This document shows, piece after piece, positions 11,878 to 24,496 of a DNA stretch of 63,551 bases; position 1 is the first letter of the stretch, and every line of letters begins with the position of its first letter. The DNA is taken from the NCBI GenBank assembly GCA_021432655.1, contig MU271244.1, positions 62,214-125,764 of the forward strand. Reading direction: 5' to 3'. This stretch comes from Atractiella rhizophila (taxonomy: Eukaryota). The position numbers and the translations under genes were made by a program. Under the pieces are notes generated by a model. The model searched no databases. It was not told where the DNA came from and saw nothing but the letters and a program-made list of their open reading frames with translations.

Positions 11878-12711
11878 TTAACCCAGAGAAGAAGCGGCGC
11901 TACCGAGGACTTTGAAAGCAAGATTCCTTAGAATCTCAGCCTTTTGGTCAGCACCAAGGTCCATGAAGACGTGATAGACCGCCTTCCCTTTGGCGTCTCT
12001 AATGGCTCCAAGCTTTGAACCGCCGTAACCGCCGACGGCAGCACCAGGCAGATTCCCCTAACAACGCCTGTTCAAATCGAGAAATCATAACAAGGAAAGG
12101 ACAAACCACAATAAACCCCATCACAGCTCCGGCTCCAGCACCAGCCCATGTCCAAAGCGGTACTCTGCTCTCCACTTCCGGACGCAACTAGAAACAGAAA
12201 CACACAATCCCTTAACAAGAACTCCCAAACACAAAGAGTGGAACCAACTCACCAGCTCCTCAAATACATCCCCAAATACAGAACCCGGATCTGGCCTTGG
12301 CTCATCTCTCACTTCCTCCTCAGCAGGATCCGCCGTGTCGTTACCAGCATAATTGAAGAATCGCTCAAAGTAGCTCTTGCTGCTCTCATCGGTCGTCGAA
12401 GCTCCGGAACTCATTCTTGTTCGGCGCAAACGATCGTAATTGGCTTTGCGCGTATCGTCGCTCAATACAAAGTAGGCATCAGCTATCTTCTGAAACTGTA
12501 CAGTGGCTTCCCGACGGCGCTGAGCGACGTTTGGTCCAGAGTTAATACGATCGGGGTGGTGGATGAGGGACAACCGCTTATATGAAGCCTTGATCTGGCT
12601 CTGGGTGGCGGAAGGAGAAATCTCGAGAATGGCCTGCAGGTCAAACGTCAGTCAATCAGCGAGCGACACAAGAACACAAGTCACGTAGTAATCAGGAAAA
12701 TCGTTGGCCAT
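11878..12711 (-). CDS. DnaJ-domain protein with C-terminal Gly-rich hydrophobic hairpin
   Basis: PDYY/AILEISPSATQSQIKASYKRLSLIHHPDR...FQKIADAYFVLSD; C-terminal WAGAGAGAVMGFIVANLPGAAVGGYGGSKLGAIRDAKGK. Confidence 0.9.
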
Positions 12712-13045
12712 GCTAGCAAAAGGATTAAGTAGGCGGCTTAGAGCTTCTCAGGGTGTTGAATTGCCCAAGCTGTTAAGGGATATAGGTACGAAGACGTGGA
12801 CGTTTTTGAAGACCTCCAGTCTGAAGTACGTCATAAATGAGTCACGATAAGGACATGCCGAGAGTACGTGCATACACGACGAGAACGCGAACATGAATTT
12901 CACGAACTTCGCGACGAAACAATTATAAAGAATTAGTTTACTACGACGGGCAGGATTCTATCGGTTTGTTAGGACAGCCATCGGGATTATTGTAAACTGG
13001 CAGGGCTAAGCGTGGTTAACCGGAGAGTGAAATTGGGGAGGAAAT

Positions 13046-14727
13046 ATGGAGCAATGTAGCAGGCTGACTTTCAGCCAGGGATTCATCCTCGGACAAGCAT
13101 CGATGTGAGCATTATTTCATACAGGATTTGAAAAGAGGGGTAATGAGAGGTTCAGCCTTATAATTGCCATTCTTTTTATTCGCTATGTAATTTTCGAATC
13201 GTCTACTTCTCAGAAACCGGCAGTCGTCAAGCCGGTCGCTGTCAAAGCCAGAACTTCTTCACGAAAAAAGCCACCTCCGACGCCTGTAATGCCTCCTCAT
13301 CTCAAACCGCTCTATCACCTGCCTTCATTTCCTTCACTTCTCCCTCCTCCCTCAAGTGAATCCACCACCTGGCTATCCTATCTCATCGCTCAGGCAGTTC
13401 TCTCCTACAGGCACCTGGTCTGGTCCTCTCCTGGGAAGGAGAATGGAGGGCGGGAATGGATAGAAGAGATTTTGAATAGAGGGAAGACGAATAATAGCAA
13501 TGCGGAAGACGGTTTCATCAGTCTCGACTAGATTTATGTGAAGGACGTAGAGTTAGGAGAGCGCACACCAAGGGTCACGGGAGCCAAAGTTGTTGACCGT
13601 GAAGAGAAGGATGGTCGAGTGGTGCGGTTCCTTGATTCTCCTCACCCCTTAACGGCGAACTGATGAAGGATACAGAAGGTAAATCTCTCCGTTACTTACC
13701 AAGATCGCGTCTCTATCTCGCTTGAAACGAAAGTTGTTATGAACTTCCCCCGCCCACGTTTCGCGGTACTTCCAGTCGAACTTTCTTTGAATCTTGTTGA
13801 ATTCCAAGGCGTGGTACGTCTACATATATCCTCTTAAGCAATAGTTAATGTCGTCAAAAGCTGTCTCTGGAAATCACTCCTCCAGATTCACCACTGACTG
13901 CGACTGTCTCTCCCACGAACGCGCCTACTCACATTGGACCGACTGTCAAAATCTCTCTTCTTCCCGATTTCCAACTCTCCCTCATCTCGCGAAGTTTACT
14001 CGGTAGTAAAGCCAAATTAATGGACATTCCGAAGGTCGAACAACTCATCGTTGGGCGAATACGTTCAGTTATTGTCGATCGGTATGCCAGGCTCATGTCC
14101 ACAAAATGTAGGCTGATTTGATGATGAAGGTATGTCAACTCGAGCATAACGATCGGTCTCCCTTTTCCAGCACCGCGATCACCACCTTCCTCATCTTCTT
14201 CAACCTCTTCAGACGAGGGAGATGAAGATCCTGTGCCCGAAAGTGACTATGTGATCATCCGCCCTCCTCCCTCACCACACCCTGAATCTGTCCCACCTTC
14301 AAGCGACGATGTCGAGGATTCTGGTTATCCGGAAGCCGATGTTGATCCCAGTCTGTACGAGTATAGCCCCGCGTTCTTAGGAGGAAGTGGACGCGTTGGT
14401 CTTGGTCTCGGAACAAGCCTTGGGATGACTTCCTCCCTTGCGAGTCTCGACAGTATCGGGGTTGGGAGAGGACCGTACAGAAGCAAAAGGATGAGCGGGG
14501 GTAACTTGGCAGCTAGCACACCCAACCTCTCCCTCACTCATAGAGGAAGAGAGAAGGAACGGGAGAGAGAGAAAGAGAGAGAGAAAGAACGGTTGGATGA
14601 GTTACGGTTGCCCGGTGAATATCACAGCCGAATTCTTCAACGATCGCCAGCTTCACAGGCGCGCACAGAAGAACTGCCTCAGGAACGTACTTGGACCGCG
14701 ACTGGGAGAGGCATTGGTATGCGATGA
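13046..14727 (+). CDS. MMM1: ERMES subunit Mmm1 (SMP domain) with in-frame TAG at 13529-13531; start approximate
   Basis: N-terminal anchor TFSQGFILGQAS..LFIRYVIF; ESTTWLSYLIAQ; VVMNFPRPRFAVLPVELSL; SLLGSKAKLMDIPKVEQLI; long Ser/Pro and REKE tail. GT-AG introns intact. Confidence 0.88.
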
Positions 14728-15140
14728 TAACCAGCGAGGACCGCGGCGGCTCGGGACCACACTTCGACCTTCTAATGTTTAAATTAATGATAATGTGTTC
14801 AATGAAAACACGACCCCCTGTTAGCTATTGTGGAGCCTTTTGTGCAATATATCCTACACCTAATACCCATCAAGCAGTGAAGCCCCACCTCAAGTTCTCC
14901 AGCTCCTCTTATTCTCAAAGGCATTTCCACTCCCCCTTTTCCCGTGCTCGCCTTCCTCGCGTGGGTCTTAGACAGTTTAGTTTTGTCTGGCCTAGAGACA
15001 TTGCAAGGTCATTTCGAATTTACGATTTTGAAATTTCCCCGGATTTTGGATTTGGGTGACAGAACAACTTGACGGGCTAACTCTGCCCTTAAATATCGCT
15101 TTAGAACTTATTGGAATCCTCCCCAAGCTCGTCAAAGAAC

Positions 15141-15983
15141 ATGGCTTCGCTTTCTACTCCCACCATCGAACCATCTCAGCCATATCCTTATGCTGTTCTA
15201 GATAAACATGCTAGAGAATCGCCTTCGCACCCAGCACTTTACTACGTTTCTACAAACCGAAAAGCGATTCAAAAAATTAGTTACGCCGAACTCTCAGAGA
15301 GAACGGAAAGAGCTGCGATTGTTTTTGGAGAACAATTGAAAGTTGGGAAGGGAGAAAGAGTCCTGGTGCAATTGCCTCGCGGAGTGGCTTGGTTCGAAGT
15401 CGTCTTGGGCCTGTTGCGCATCGGAGGGATTCCAATCCCTTGCACCACTCTGCTTTCATCCAAAGGTGAGCTTGAGTTGCTTCTCCACTCCGTCTGATAA
15501 CATCTGTGGCGCATGGCAGAGCTGGAATGCCGAGCGCAAGCTGCAAAATGTACCACCTTCGTCGGTTCTGCTTCAGCTGTCACCAAGTTCTTGCAAGTTA
15601 AAGAATCATGTCCTCTTGTTCGAAACGTCGTATTTGTGGCTGGAGATCCAGATCTCGAACCTCGTGATACCATTCCACAGGACAGCTTGAGGAAGCTAAT
15701 CATCTGGGAGCACGCCATGGCGAACATTCCACAGCATAAGAAGTGGGGCGGAGCTCGTCCAGAGATGTCGGATACTTCGATCATCTGTTTGATTTTCTTC
15801 GTCCATAACATCACGCTGTAATCATGTTACTGTAGATTTCACATCTGGAACGACCGGAAAGCCAAAGCGAGTTATTCACAACCACCGTCACCCTTTCGCG
15901 CATCGCCTCACAGGAGAATGGTACAATCTGGGTGACAACGCGCTCATTTGGGTCAATGTTTCTCGATTAGCGAAGAGTCTCGA
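15141..15983 (+). pseudogene. 3'-truncated copy of the acyl-CoA synthetase (duplication fragment)
   Basis: Near-identical to 17746-18588 including FTSGTTGKPK; breaks inside an intron at the duplication junction. Confidence 0.8.
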
Positions 15984-17332
15984 TATCTCATCGCTCAGGC
16001 AGTTCTCTCCTACAGGCACCTGGTCTGGTCCTCCCCTGGGAAGGAGAATGGAGGGCGGGAATGGATAGAAGAGATTTTGAATAGAGGGAAGACGAATAAT
16101 AGCAATGCGGAAGACGGTTTCATCAGTCTCGACTAGATTTATGTGAAGGACGTAGAGTTAGGAGAGCGCACACCAAGGGTCACGGGAGCCAAAGTTGTTG
16201 ACCGTGAAGAGAAGGATGGTCGAGTGGTGCGGTTCCTTGATTCTCCTCACCCCTTAACGGCGAACTGATGAAGGATACAGAAGGTAAATCTCTCCGTTAC
16301 TTACCAAGATCGCGTCTCTATCTCGCTTGAAACGAAAGTTGTTATGAACTTCCCCCGCCCACGTTTCGCGGTACTTCCAGTCGAACTTTCTTTGAATCTT
16401 GTTGAATTCCAAGGCGTGGTACGTCTACATATATCCTCTTAAGCAATAGTTAATGTCGTCAAAAGCTGTCTCTGGAAATCACTCCTCCAGATTCACCACT
16501 GACTGCGACTGTCTCCCCCACGAACGCGCCTACTCACATTGGACCGACTGTCAAAATCTCTCTGCTTCCCGATTTCCAACTCTCCCTCATCTCGCGAAGT
16601 TTACTCGGTAGCAAAGCCAAATTAATGGACATTCCGAAGGTCGAACAACTCATCGTTGGGCGAATACGTTCAGTTATTGTCGATCGGTATGCCAGGCTCA
16701 TGTCCACAAAATGTAGGCTGATTTGATGATGAAGGTATGTCAACTCGAGCATAACGATCGGTCTCCCTTTTCCAGCCCCGCGATCACCACCTTCCTCATC
16801 TTCTTCAACCTCTTCAGACGAGGGAGATGAAGATCATGTGCCCGAAAGTGACTATGTGATCATCCGCCCTCCTCCCTCACCACACCCTGAATCCGTCCCA
16901 CCTTCAAGCGACGACGTCGAGGATTCTGGTTATCCGGAAGCCGATGTTGATCCCAGTCTGTACGAGTATAGCCCCGCGTTCTTAGGAGGAAGTGGACGCG
17001 TTGGTCTTGGTCTCGGAACAAGCCTTGGGATGACTTCCTCCCTTGCGAGTCTCGACAGTATCGGGGTTGGGAGAGGACCGTACAGAAGCAAAAGGATGAG
17101 CGGGGGTAACTTGGCAGCTAGCACACCCAACCTCTCCCTCACTCATAGAGGAAGAGAGAAGGAACGGGAGAGAGAGAAAGAGAGAGAGAAAGAACGGTTG
17201 GATGAGTTACGGTTGCCCGGTGAATATCACAGCCGAATTCTTCAACGATCGCCAGCTTCACAGGCGCGCACAGAAGAACTGCCTCAGGAACGTACTTGGA
17301 CCGCGACTGGGAGAGGCATTGGTATGCGATGA
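15984..17332 (+). pseudogene. MMM1: 5'-truncated second copy of MMM1 (also has the TAG, 16134-16136)
   Basis: Starts at YLIAQAVLSY and lacks the promoter and TM anchor. Confidence 0.8.
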
Positions 17333-17745
17333 TAACCAGCGAGGACCGCGGCGGCTCGGGACCACACTTCGACCTTCTAATGTTTAAATTAATGATAATG
17401 TGTTCAATGAAAACACGACCCCCTGTTAGCTATTGTGGAGCCTTTTGTGCAATATATCCTACACCTAATACCCATCAAGCAGTGAAGCCCCACCTCAAGT
17501 TCTCCAGCTCCTCTTATTCTCAAAGGCATTTCCACTCCCCCTTTTCCCGTGCTCGCCTTCCTCGCGTGGGTCTTAGACAGTTTAGTTTTGTCTGGCCTAG
17601 AGACATTGCAAGGTCATTTCGAATTTACGATTTTGAAATTTCCCCGGATTTTGGATTTGGGTGACAGAACAACTTGACGGGCTAACTCTGCCCTTAAATA
17701 TCGCTTTAGAACTTATTGGAATCCTCCCCAAGCTCGTCAAAGAAC

Positions 17746-19728
17746 ATGGCTTCGCTTTCTACTCCCACCATCGAACCATCTCAGCCATATCCTTATGCTG
17801 TTCTAGATAAACATGCTAGAGAATCGCCTTCGCACCCAGCACTTTACTACGTTTCTACAAACCGAAAAGCGATTCAAAAAATTAGTTACGCCGAACTCTC
17901 AGAGAGAACGGAAAGAGCTGCGATTGTTTTTGGAGAACAATTGAAAGTTGGGAAGGGAGAAAGAGTCCTGGTGCAATTGCCTCGCGGAGTGGCTTGGTTC
18001 GAAGTCGTCTTGGGCCTGTTGCGCATCGGAGGGATTCCAATCCCTTGCACCACTCTGCTTTCATCCAAAGGTGAGCTTGAGTTGCTTCTCCACTCCGTCT
18101 GATAACATCTGTGGCACATGACAGAGCTGGAATACCGAGCGCAAGCTGCAAAATGTACCACCTTCGTCGGTTCTGCTTCAGCTGTCACCAAGTTCTTGCA
18201 AGTTAAAGAATCATGTCCTCTGGTTCGAAACGTCGTATTCGTGGCTGGAGATCCAGATCTCGAACCTCGTGATACCATTCCACAGGACAGCTTGAGGAAG
18301 CTAATCATCTGGGAGCACGCCATGGCGAACATTCCACAGCATAAGAAGTGGGGCGGAGCTCGTCCAGAGATGTCGGACACTTCAATCATCTGTTTGATTT
18401 TCTTCGTCCACAACATCACACTGTGATCATGTAGCGGCAGATTTCACATCTGGCACGACCGGGAAGCCAAAGCGAGTTATTCACAATCACCATCACCCTT
18501 TCGCACATCGCATCACAGGAGAATGGTACAATCTGGGTGACAACGCGCTCATTTGGGTCAATGTTTCTCCATTAGCGAAGAGTCTCGAATTCTCATAATT
18601 CTTACAGAACATTGGCGATCTCGGTTGGGCAAAAGCAGGATATAGCACCTTCGGCAGCCTCTATTTCAAAGCGACCATCTTCATCTTCTCACCACCAGCA
18701 CCGTCCGCATTCTCCGCCGAATTAACGCTTTCCCTCCTCCACGAGCACCCAATCACGAATATTTGCTTCCCACCGACCGTCTATCGGTCTCTCACGACCA
18801 CAGCCGCTGTTGAACAACTCAGAAGATGCCCTCCGAAAGCACTTCGATGGTGCAACGGAGCGGGTGAGCCGCTCAACCCAGAAGTGATCAAGATTTGGGA
18901 GCAGCACACTGGATTGATCGTTCGGGAAGCATTCGGGCAGACAGAGACGACTGCGCTTGTTGGGAATTTTCCCAAAGTTAACGTGAGGATGGGGAGCATG
19001 GGCATTGCTGCTGCTGGACTAGACGTCCAGGTTCTCGACACTGCTGGAAAGGTACTGGGACGAGGTCCGCAGAACGTAGGCTTCATCTGTGTCGAGGTAG
19101 CAAGAAGCAATGTGAAGGAAATTGGTGTCATAACACTTGGATATGAGGGCGAAAATGGCGAGTTGATGAACACATACATCGAAAGCGGAGATGGAAAGCA
19201 ATGGTACTCGACAGGCGATAAAGCCTGGCGAGATGAAGATGGTTATTTTTGGTTTATTGGGCGTGACGACGATAGTAGGTGATATATTCTCCTTCATGCA
19301 ATCACTGAAGAGCAGTTATTAGTCATTTCAAGCGCAGGATACCGAATTGGACCATTTGACGTTGAGAGCACCCTGAAGGAGCATCCGGCTGTCGTCGAGA
19401 GTGCTGCAGTTGCAAGTCCTGATCGTGAGCGAGGTTCGATCGTCAAAGCCTTCATCATTTTGTCACAAGAATTCAAGGCGAAGTTGATCAGCGGGGAAAT
19501 AACTGAAAGTGGGCTGAAGCAACAGCTGACAGAGTTCTCCCGTCCGCTTTTGACTTATAAATATCCTCGAGAGGTATGTTTGCTGTTCTTTTGAGAAACA
19601 AGTAGAGGCTGACGTCCCCCTAGATTGAGTTTGTTGACAGCCTCCCCTTGACGGTTAGCGGAAAGATTAGACGGGTGGAACTTAGAAAACTTGAAGAAAT
19701 GCGCAAGGGAACGAAAGGGAAGCTCTGA
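17746..19728 (+). CDS. AMP-binding acyl-CoA synthetase (medium-chain/ACSM-like)
   Basis: YFTSGTTGKPK, GDLGWAKA, GAGEPLNPEV, FGQTET, YSTGDKA..DEDGYFWFIGRDDD, GYRIGPFDVES, LPLTVSGKIRRVELR; ends KGKL*. Confidence 0.93.
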
Positions 19729-20066
19729 AAACCTAGTTTGGATGATGGCCCCGGTTGCAGCATTCATTGACGCAAACGCTGTAGAACTACGAAAGTACCT
19801 CGTCTGTGCTCGTGCCTAAACATGGCAACATTGAAAGATGCACAAAGAAGCTTGACTTCACTCCTCCGGCCTCAATACTCCCATACTTATTTTCTTTGTA
19901 CTTCTATAAAGCGCCAACAAAGTAGAACGCCAACCCATTGCCTTAAATGTGAATGCAATGCTTCTGGTTAAACCAGCGCGTCTCCAAAAACATGTGACAC
20001 GACCAGAGACGCGATCTTCCAAAGTTGGACGATTTCGTTTCCTTGTTCTGCTGCGGGATTCAAGAC

Positions 20067-22566
20067 ATGCAGCCAACATTCACAGCTACCCCTCCGTCTA
20101 TAACAACGGCTCTTCCTGCAGCTTCAAACTCTACTCCTACAGCTAATGTCTCCTTCCCGGATACCTCAATTTTCAAGTCCATAGCCCAGAAGTCCTTGCT
20201 CGACCTCCTCGATCGCATTCCTGGGCCAAAGACTCTTCTACTGGATCCAGAACTCGCTGGACCACTCGGATTAGTGATTGAAATCTCGAATTTGCGTGTA
20301 AGTTTCTTCGAGAATGTGTTCGGCTGGTTTAAACTGGGGTAAAAGGCTCATGGAGTCGACCGCTTGTTTTGGCTCGAAGCAAACGATCTCAGCTCCGGTT
20401 CGAGCTGGAATGTTAATTTCCAGAGAAATCTGATATATGTCTGTCGACCCAAGAAGAAGCTCTTAACAATTATCGCAAGTGAGTGACAATTTGGCTCGGG
20501 CAATTGGGTTCGAATGAGGATTTAGACCAGATTCGTGCTTCACCTCCTAACCGTCATACCCATACCATCTTTGCCACACCACGTGTTACCTCTCTTTGCA
20601 AGACAACACTAGAAGACTTGGGTGTCTATGGCTCTATTGACCTCCATGAATTTCCTCTGGGATTGCTTACCCTTGAAAGAGACCTTTTGAGCATGGAGTT
20701 GGACACTTCCGTTTATCGGAAGATATTCCTAGTACGTTTCGTGGCACGCGGGTGCGTATACTCATCAGCACTAGGACAATGATTATGAGACGGTGTACGA
20801 TATGGGAAAATGCCTAATGACATTACAGCAGGCTTTTGGACCAATTCCTCGAATTCTGGGCTTAGGTGCAGCTTCGAAGGTAGGTTCACTCAACCGTCCA
20901 TAGTGGGTCAATCTGTTAACTTACGATCCAGCGTTTGGCTGCCCTGCTGAACCGCCTACGAGCTGAAGTACCCATTGATGAAGACGCTGGTGGATTCGGC
21001 TTAGGTTTAGGAAGCATAGATAGCATGATTCTTCTTGACCGGCAGGTCGACATGGTCACAACCCTTTGCACTCAGCTTACCTACTTGGGGCTGGTCGACG
21101 AGCTGTTGGGGATCAAGAACTGTTTGTTCCATCTCCTTTATCCATATCATCGTCATAAGCTGAGCGGCTGCTCGTTAGCGCACGTCGAAGTTGACCAGAA
21201 TCTCTTGAATCCGCCAACCCCATCCACATCTGCTTCTCCCGTCCCAAACGCCGCTTTTGGGTTTGGAGGAGTTCATCCCACCTCAACGCACCAGCCAGCT
21301 TTCACCGGACAGCCGCCACCCCGAAAGAAGCATTTGCTGTCATCTACGGCAGACTCGTTGTTTGCCGAGTTACGAGACCAAAACTTCATCGTTGTCGGAC
21401 CTCTCCTCAATCGCACCGCACGCAAATTGAATGAAGATTATGAGAAGCGGCACAAGGCGAGAAGCATTGGGGACTTGAGAGCTTTTGTTGGGCAGATGCC
21501 GGGATTAGCGGAAGAGCACGCTGCATTGCGCCTCCGTATGTAGACTTTTCTTATTAGCCAAGATGGAACTGACGTTGCCTGGCATAGATACTGGCCTTGC
21601 AGAGGAGATTATGTCGACGACATCATCGGAGGAGTTTGGTCAAATACTCGAAGTGCAACAAAGTGCGGCGCCCCATTCTCCAATCAAAGTTTGTATCCTG
21701 ATGACTGCCAGATCTTGTGGCTGGGTTGGAGCTCGCGACTCAAGAGAACACAATTCGAAACCTTATCAACCAAGAAGCTCCACTTCGAATAGTGCTTCGC
21801 CTCTTGTGTCTTTACAGTCTAGTGAACGGAGGACTTAAGCCGAAGACATTTGAAGACCTTAAGAAGGAATTGCTACAGGTTCGCTTGATTTTTGTGGTGC
21901 AATTGCTCCCATTAACAACACCTGCAGACATATGGCTACAATTACATTCCTGCGATGATATCCCTATCATCACTGGGCTTATTTTCCCGTCAGAGCTCTT
22001 CGTCCCGCTCTTCCTTCTCCGCCGTTCGGAAACCTCTTAAATTGATTGTCGATGAAGTCAACGAGCTCAATCCGGAAGATGCCGCATACGTTTTCTCTGG
22101 ATACTCCCCCTTGAGCGTTCGACTTGTGCAAGCTGCGTTTGGCAAGAACGGAACGTTTGTTGGATGGAAGGCAATCGAAGACCTCTTGAAGATCATGACG
22201 ACACCAGTGGTGGACGAGGTTCAAGAGAATCAAGCGACAGAAGCCAAGTCAAAGCGTCAGTACTTGCCTAGATGCTCCGCTCCGTAAAACTGACATGACA
22301 TGGCCTATCAGAATTGAGGACGTCACGTCAAACCCCAACCAGCGTCGTCTGTTTTATTGGTGGTGTAACCTTCGCAGAAGTATCCGCACTGCGCTTTTTG
22401 GGTCAACAAATAGGTAGTGCAATTTCTTTGGGCCGAATAATGCGATCCTCACGGCGTTCTAGGGAGAAATTTTGTCGTCATTACGACTGGTATGGTCAAC
22501 GGTAGCAGTCTCATAAATTCACTCACGTCTCCCTCCATCACACTCCCTTTAGCAACCCCATCGTAA
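20067..22566 (+). CDS. VPS33: Sec1/Munc18-family HOPS/CORVET subunit Vps33
   Basis: PGPKTLLLDPELAGPLGLV, LLDRQVDMVTTLCTQLTYLGLVDEL, LFAELRDQNF, VLRLLCLYSLVNGGLK, AYVFSGYSPLSVRLVQ, VCFIGGVTFAEVSALRFL. Confidence 0.93.
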
Positions 22567-23283
22567 TCATGATGGAATGGAAAATGTTTTTTGATGTGTG
22601 TCCGCTGATGGATGGAATCTCTCCATTAGTCTGTGAGTGCTCAAAGTTTGCTGAAATTTCCTGTCCGTTTCATATTCAGAATGCTGAAAGCTTCCCTCCT
22701 GCAAACACTGTATCAGTGCTAGATGAAAGTAAAAAGAATCCCAAACGGCCCCTGTTAGACGGGGAACAATATGTCGATGCCATCGGCGGCCCGTTCTCCT
22801 CACTTATGGGGTCCTGGAGTGCTTGAGACGGCCTCTCCCAGCTATTGACGGAGACAGGAAAAGCAAGCTGCACGCCGAACGGTCCCGTGGCGGAGAAGGA
22901 GTGGGTCTGCATCCAAACACTCGTGCAAGCCATCAGCAGTTGAGTCATTCAGTTTACAAGCTGGATGTTCAGCAATTGTGATCTTTCTTGATATGAGTCC
23001 TCTAAATCGAAGTTCGGAAGCTGACAAGCTGCTTACTCACATTTTGTCCTGCCACCGACGTATATTCCGAGTCTCTTTCCTTCTCTCTATATTTTTCGCT
23101 GACACCCGTGGCTTTCGCGTCCCTCTGCGTCCATGGCAGAGAAGGCGGTTCCCCCCCTTTTGTTTGAACAGTGCTGTCAATTGCGGTACCTGATTGAGAT
23201 ATATAAGGGTCTCCATTCTCCTCAGTCCCAGTAATCTTGCCCCACTGAGACTTAACGGTGAAGGATTGTAGAAACAAAAAAAG

Positions 23284-24496
23284 ATGTCGCGCACTCATCA
23301 AGCCATCGTTCATACTACCATTCCGACTGTCATTCCCACTCCCGCTCCTATAGAGCTACGTTCTCTTCCTACCCCCCAACCGGGAAGGGACGAAGTGCTC
23401 ATCCGCGTGCGGTATGCTGCCATCTCTCCAGTGTATATTTGGCATGGGGATTGGGGTTTATTGTTCACCAAAGTCCCCACTGTCATGGGGAACACTTGGT
23501 CGGGTGTGGTGGAGGAACTGGGGGAAGGAGTGGATGGGTTGGAGAAAGGAGAGCTAGTGCAAGGGTTCCAGTTTGGCGCGCTTGAGGGACACTGTTTTCA
23601 AGAGTTCCTGGTTGCTAACAAGCATAATTTCGGAAAGGTTTGTGTTTCCATCCCACCATAGCAGTGTCCGTCCCTGAGAGGTGATTTTAGCTGCCGAAAC
23701 ACATCTCGCTGGCTCAAGGTGCTACCATTGGGGACAATCTCGTCACAGCCTTTAACACGCTCTTCACTGAACTTGCGCTTCCCCTCCCTTCCAACCTGAC
23801 ACCTCCTCTTCCACCAACTCCGACAAATGTGGATCAAAACAGAACCCCTATCCTTATATGGGGTGCCAGCGCGTCAACCGGTCAATACCTCATCCAACTC
23901 CTCCGATACGCTGGATACACCAATATTCTAGCCACTTCTTCGCCTTCACACCATCCCCTTCTGAAAAGCTTCGGCGCAGCCGAGTGTCTGGATTATCGCT
24001 CTCCGAGCGTTTTAGAGGAAATTGGAGCCTGGGCGAAGAAGAGTGGAGGCTTCAAGGTCGTAGTTGACTGCATAGGGAGTGAAGAGGGTAGCGTCAAGCC
24101 CCTCGCGAGCATTGTCAATACGCCAGGTGCCAAAGTCGCGATTATGCTCCCAGTCGTGAAGAAGGAAACATTGTCGTTGACGGTCGAACAGCAGTTCAAG
24201 GAAGGAGTAGAAGTGATTGGTATTCGGACGCACTTTTGGCAACGAGTACGTCGTCACCCTGTCCCTCTTCAAATCTTTTGGCTTATCATACATTGGCGTT
24301 ACAGAACGAACTATTCAAAACGAAGTTGCAGACAGAGATCATCCCATGGGTCCTTGAGAAAGGTATTGTAAAGGCAAACGATGTCGTGGAAGTAGAAGGC
24401 GAAGATATGTTGGCGCGGGCTTCGAAAGCTTTAGATCTAGTGAGGAGGCAGCAGCTAAGCGGGAAAAGAGCGGTTTTTGAGGTCTCTAAGCTCTGA
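23284..24496 (+). CDS. MDR-superfamily enoyl-reductase-like oxidoreductase, C-terminal SKL
   Basis: PQPGRDEVLIRVRYAA, GNTWSGVVEELGEGV, PILIWGASASTGQYLIQL, FGAAECLDYRSP; ends EVSKL*. Confidence 0.88.

Larger units (their letters stand above)
13379..18588 (+). repeat. Tandem direct duplication, 2 x 2605 bp (13379-15983 / 15984-18588)
   Basis: Colinear copies with about 29 substitutions counted by eye and no indels seen; junction gagtctcga|tatctcatcg. Confidence 0.97.

Noticed and set aside
13529..13531. Genome-wide reassignment of UAG
   Set aside because: I found no other in-frame TAG in the conserved genes I traced, and TAG appears to terminate MAK10 and the 56499-58361 gene.
14545..14590. 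GA-rich microsatellite
   Set aside because: It is the coding REKERERE low-complexity tract of the MMM1 tail.
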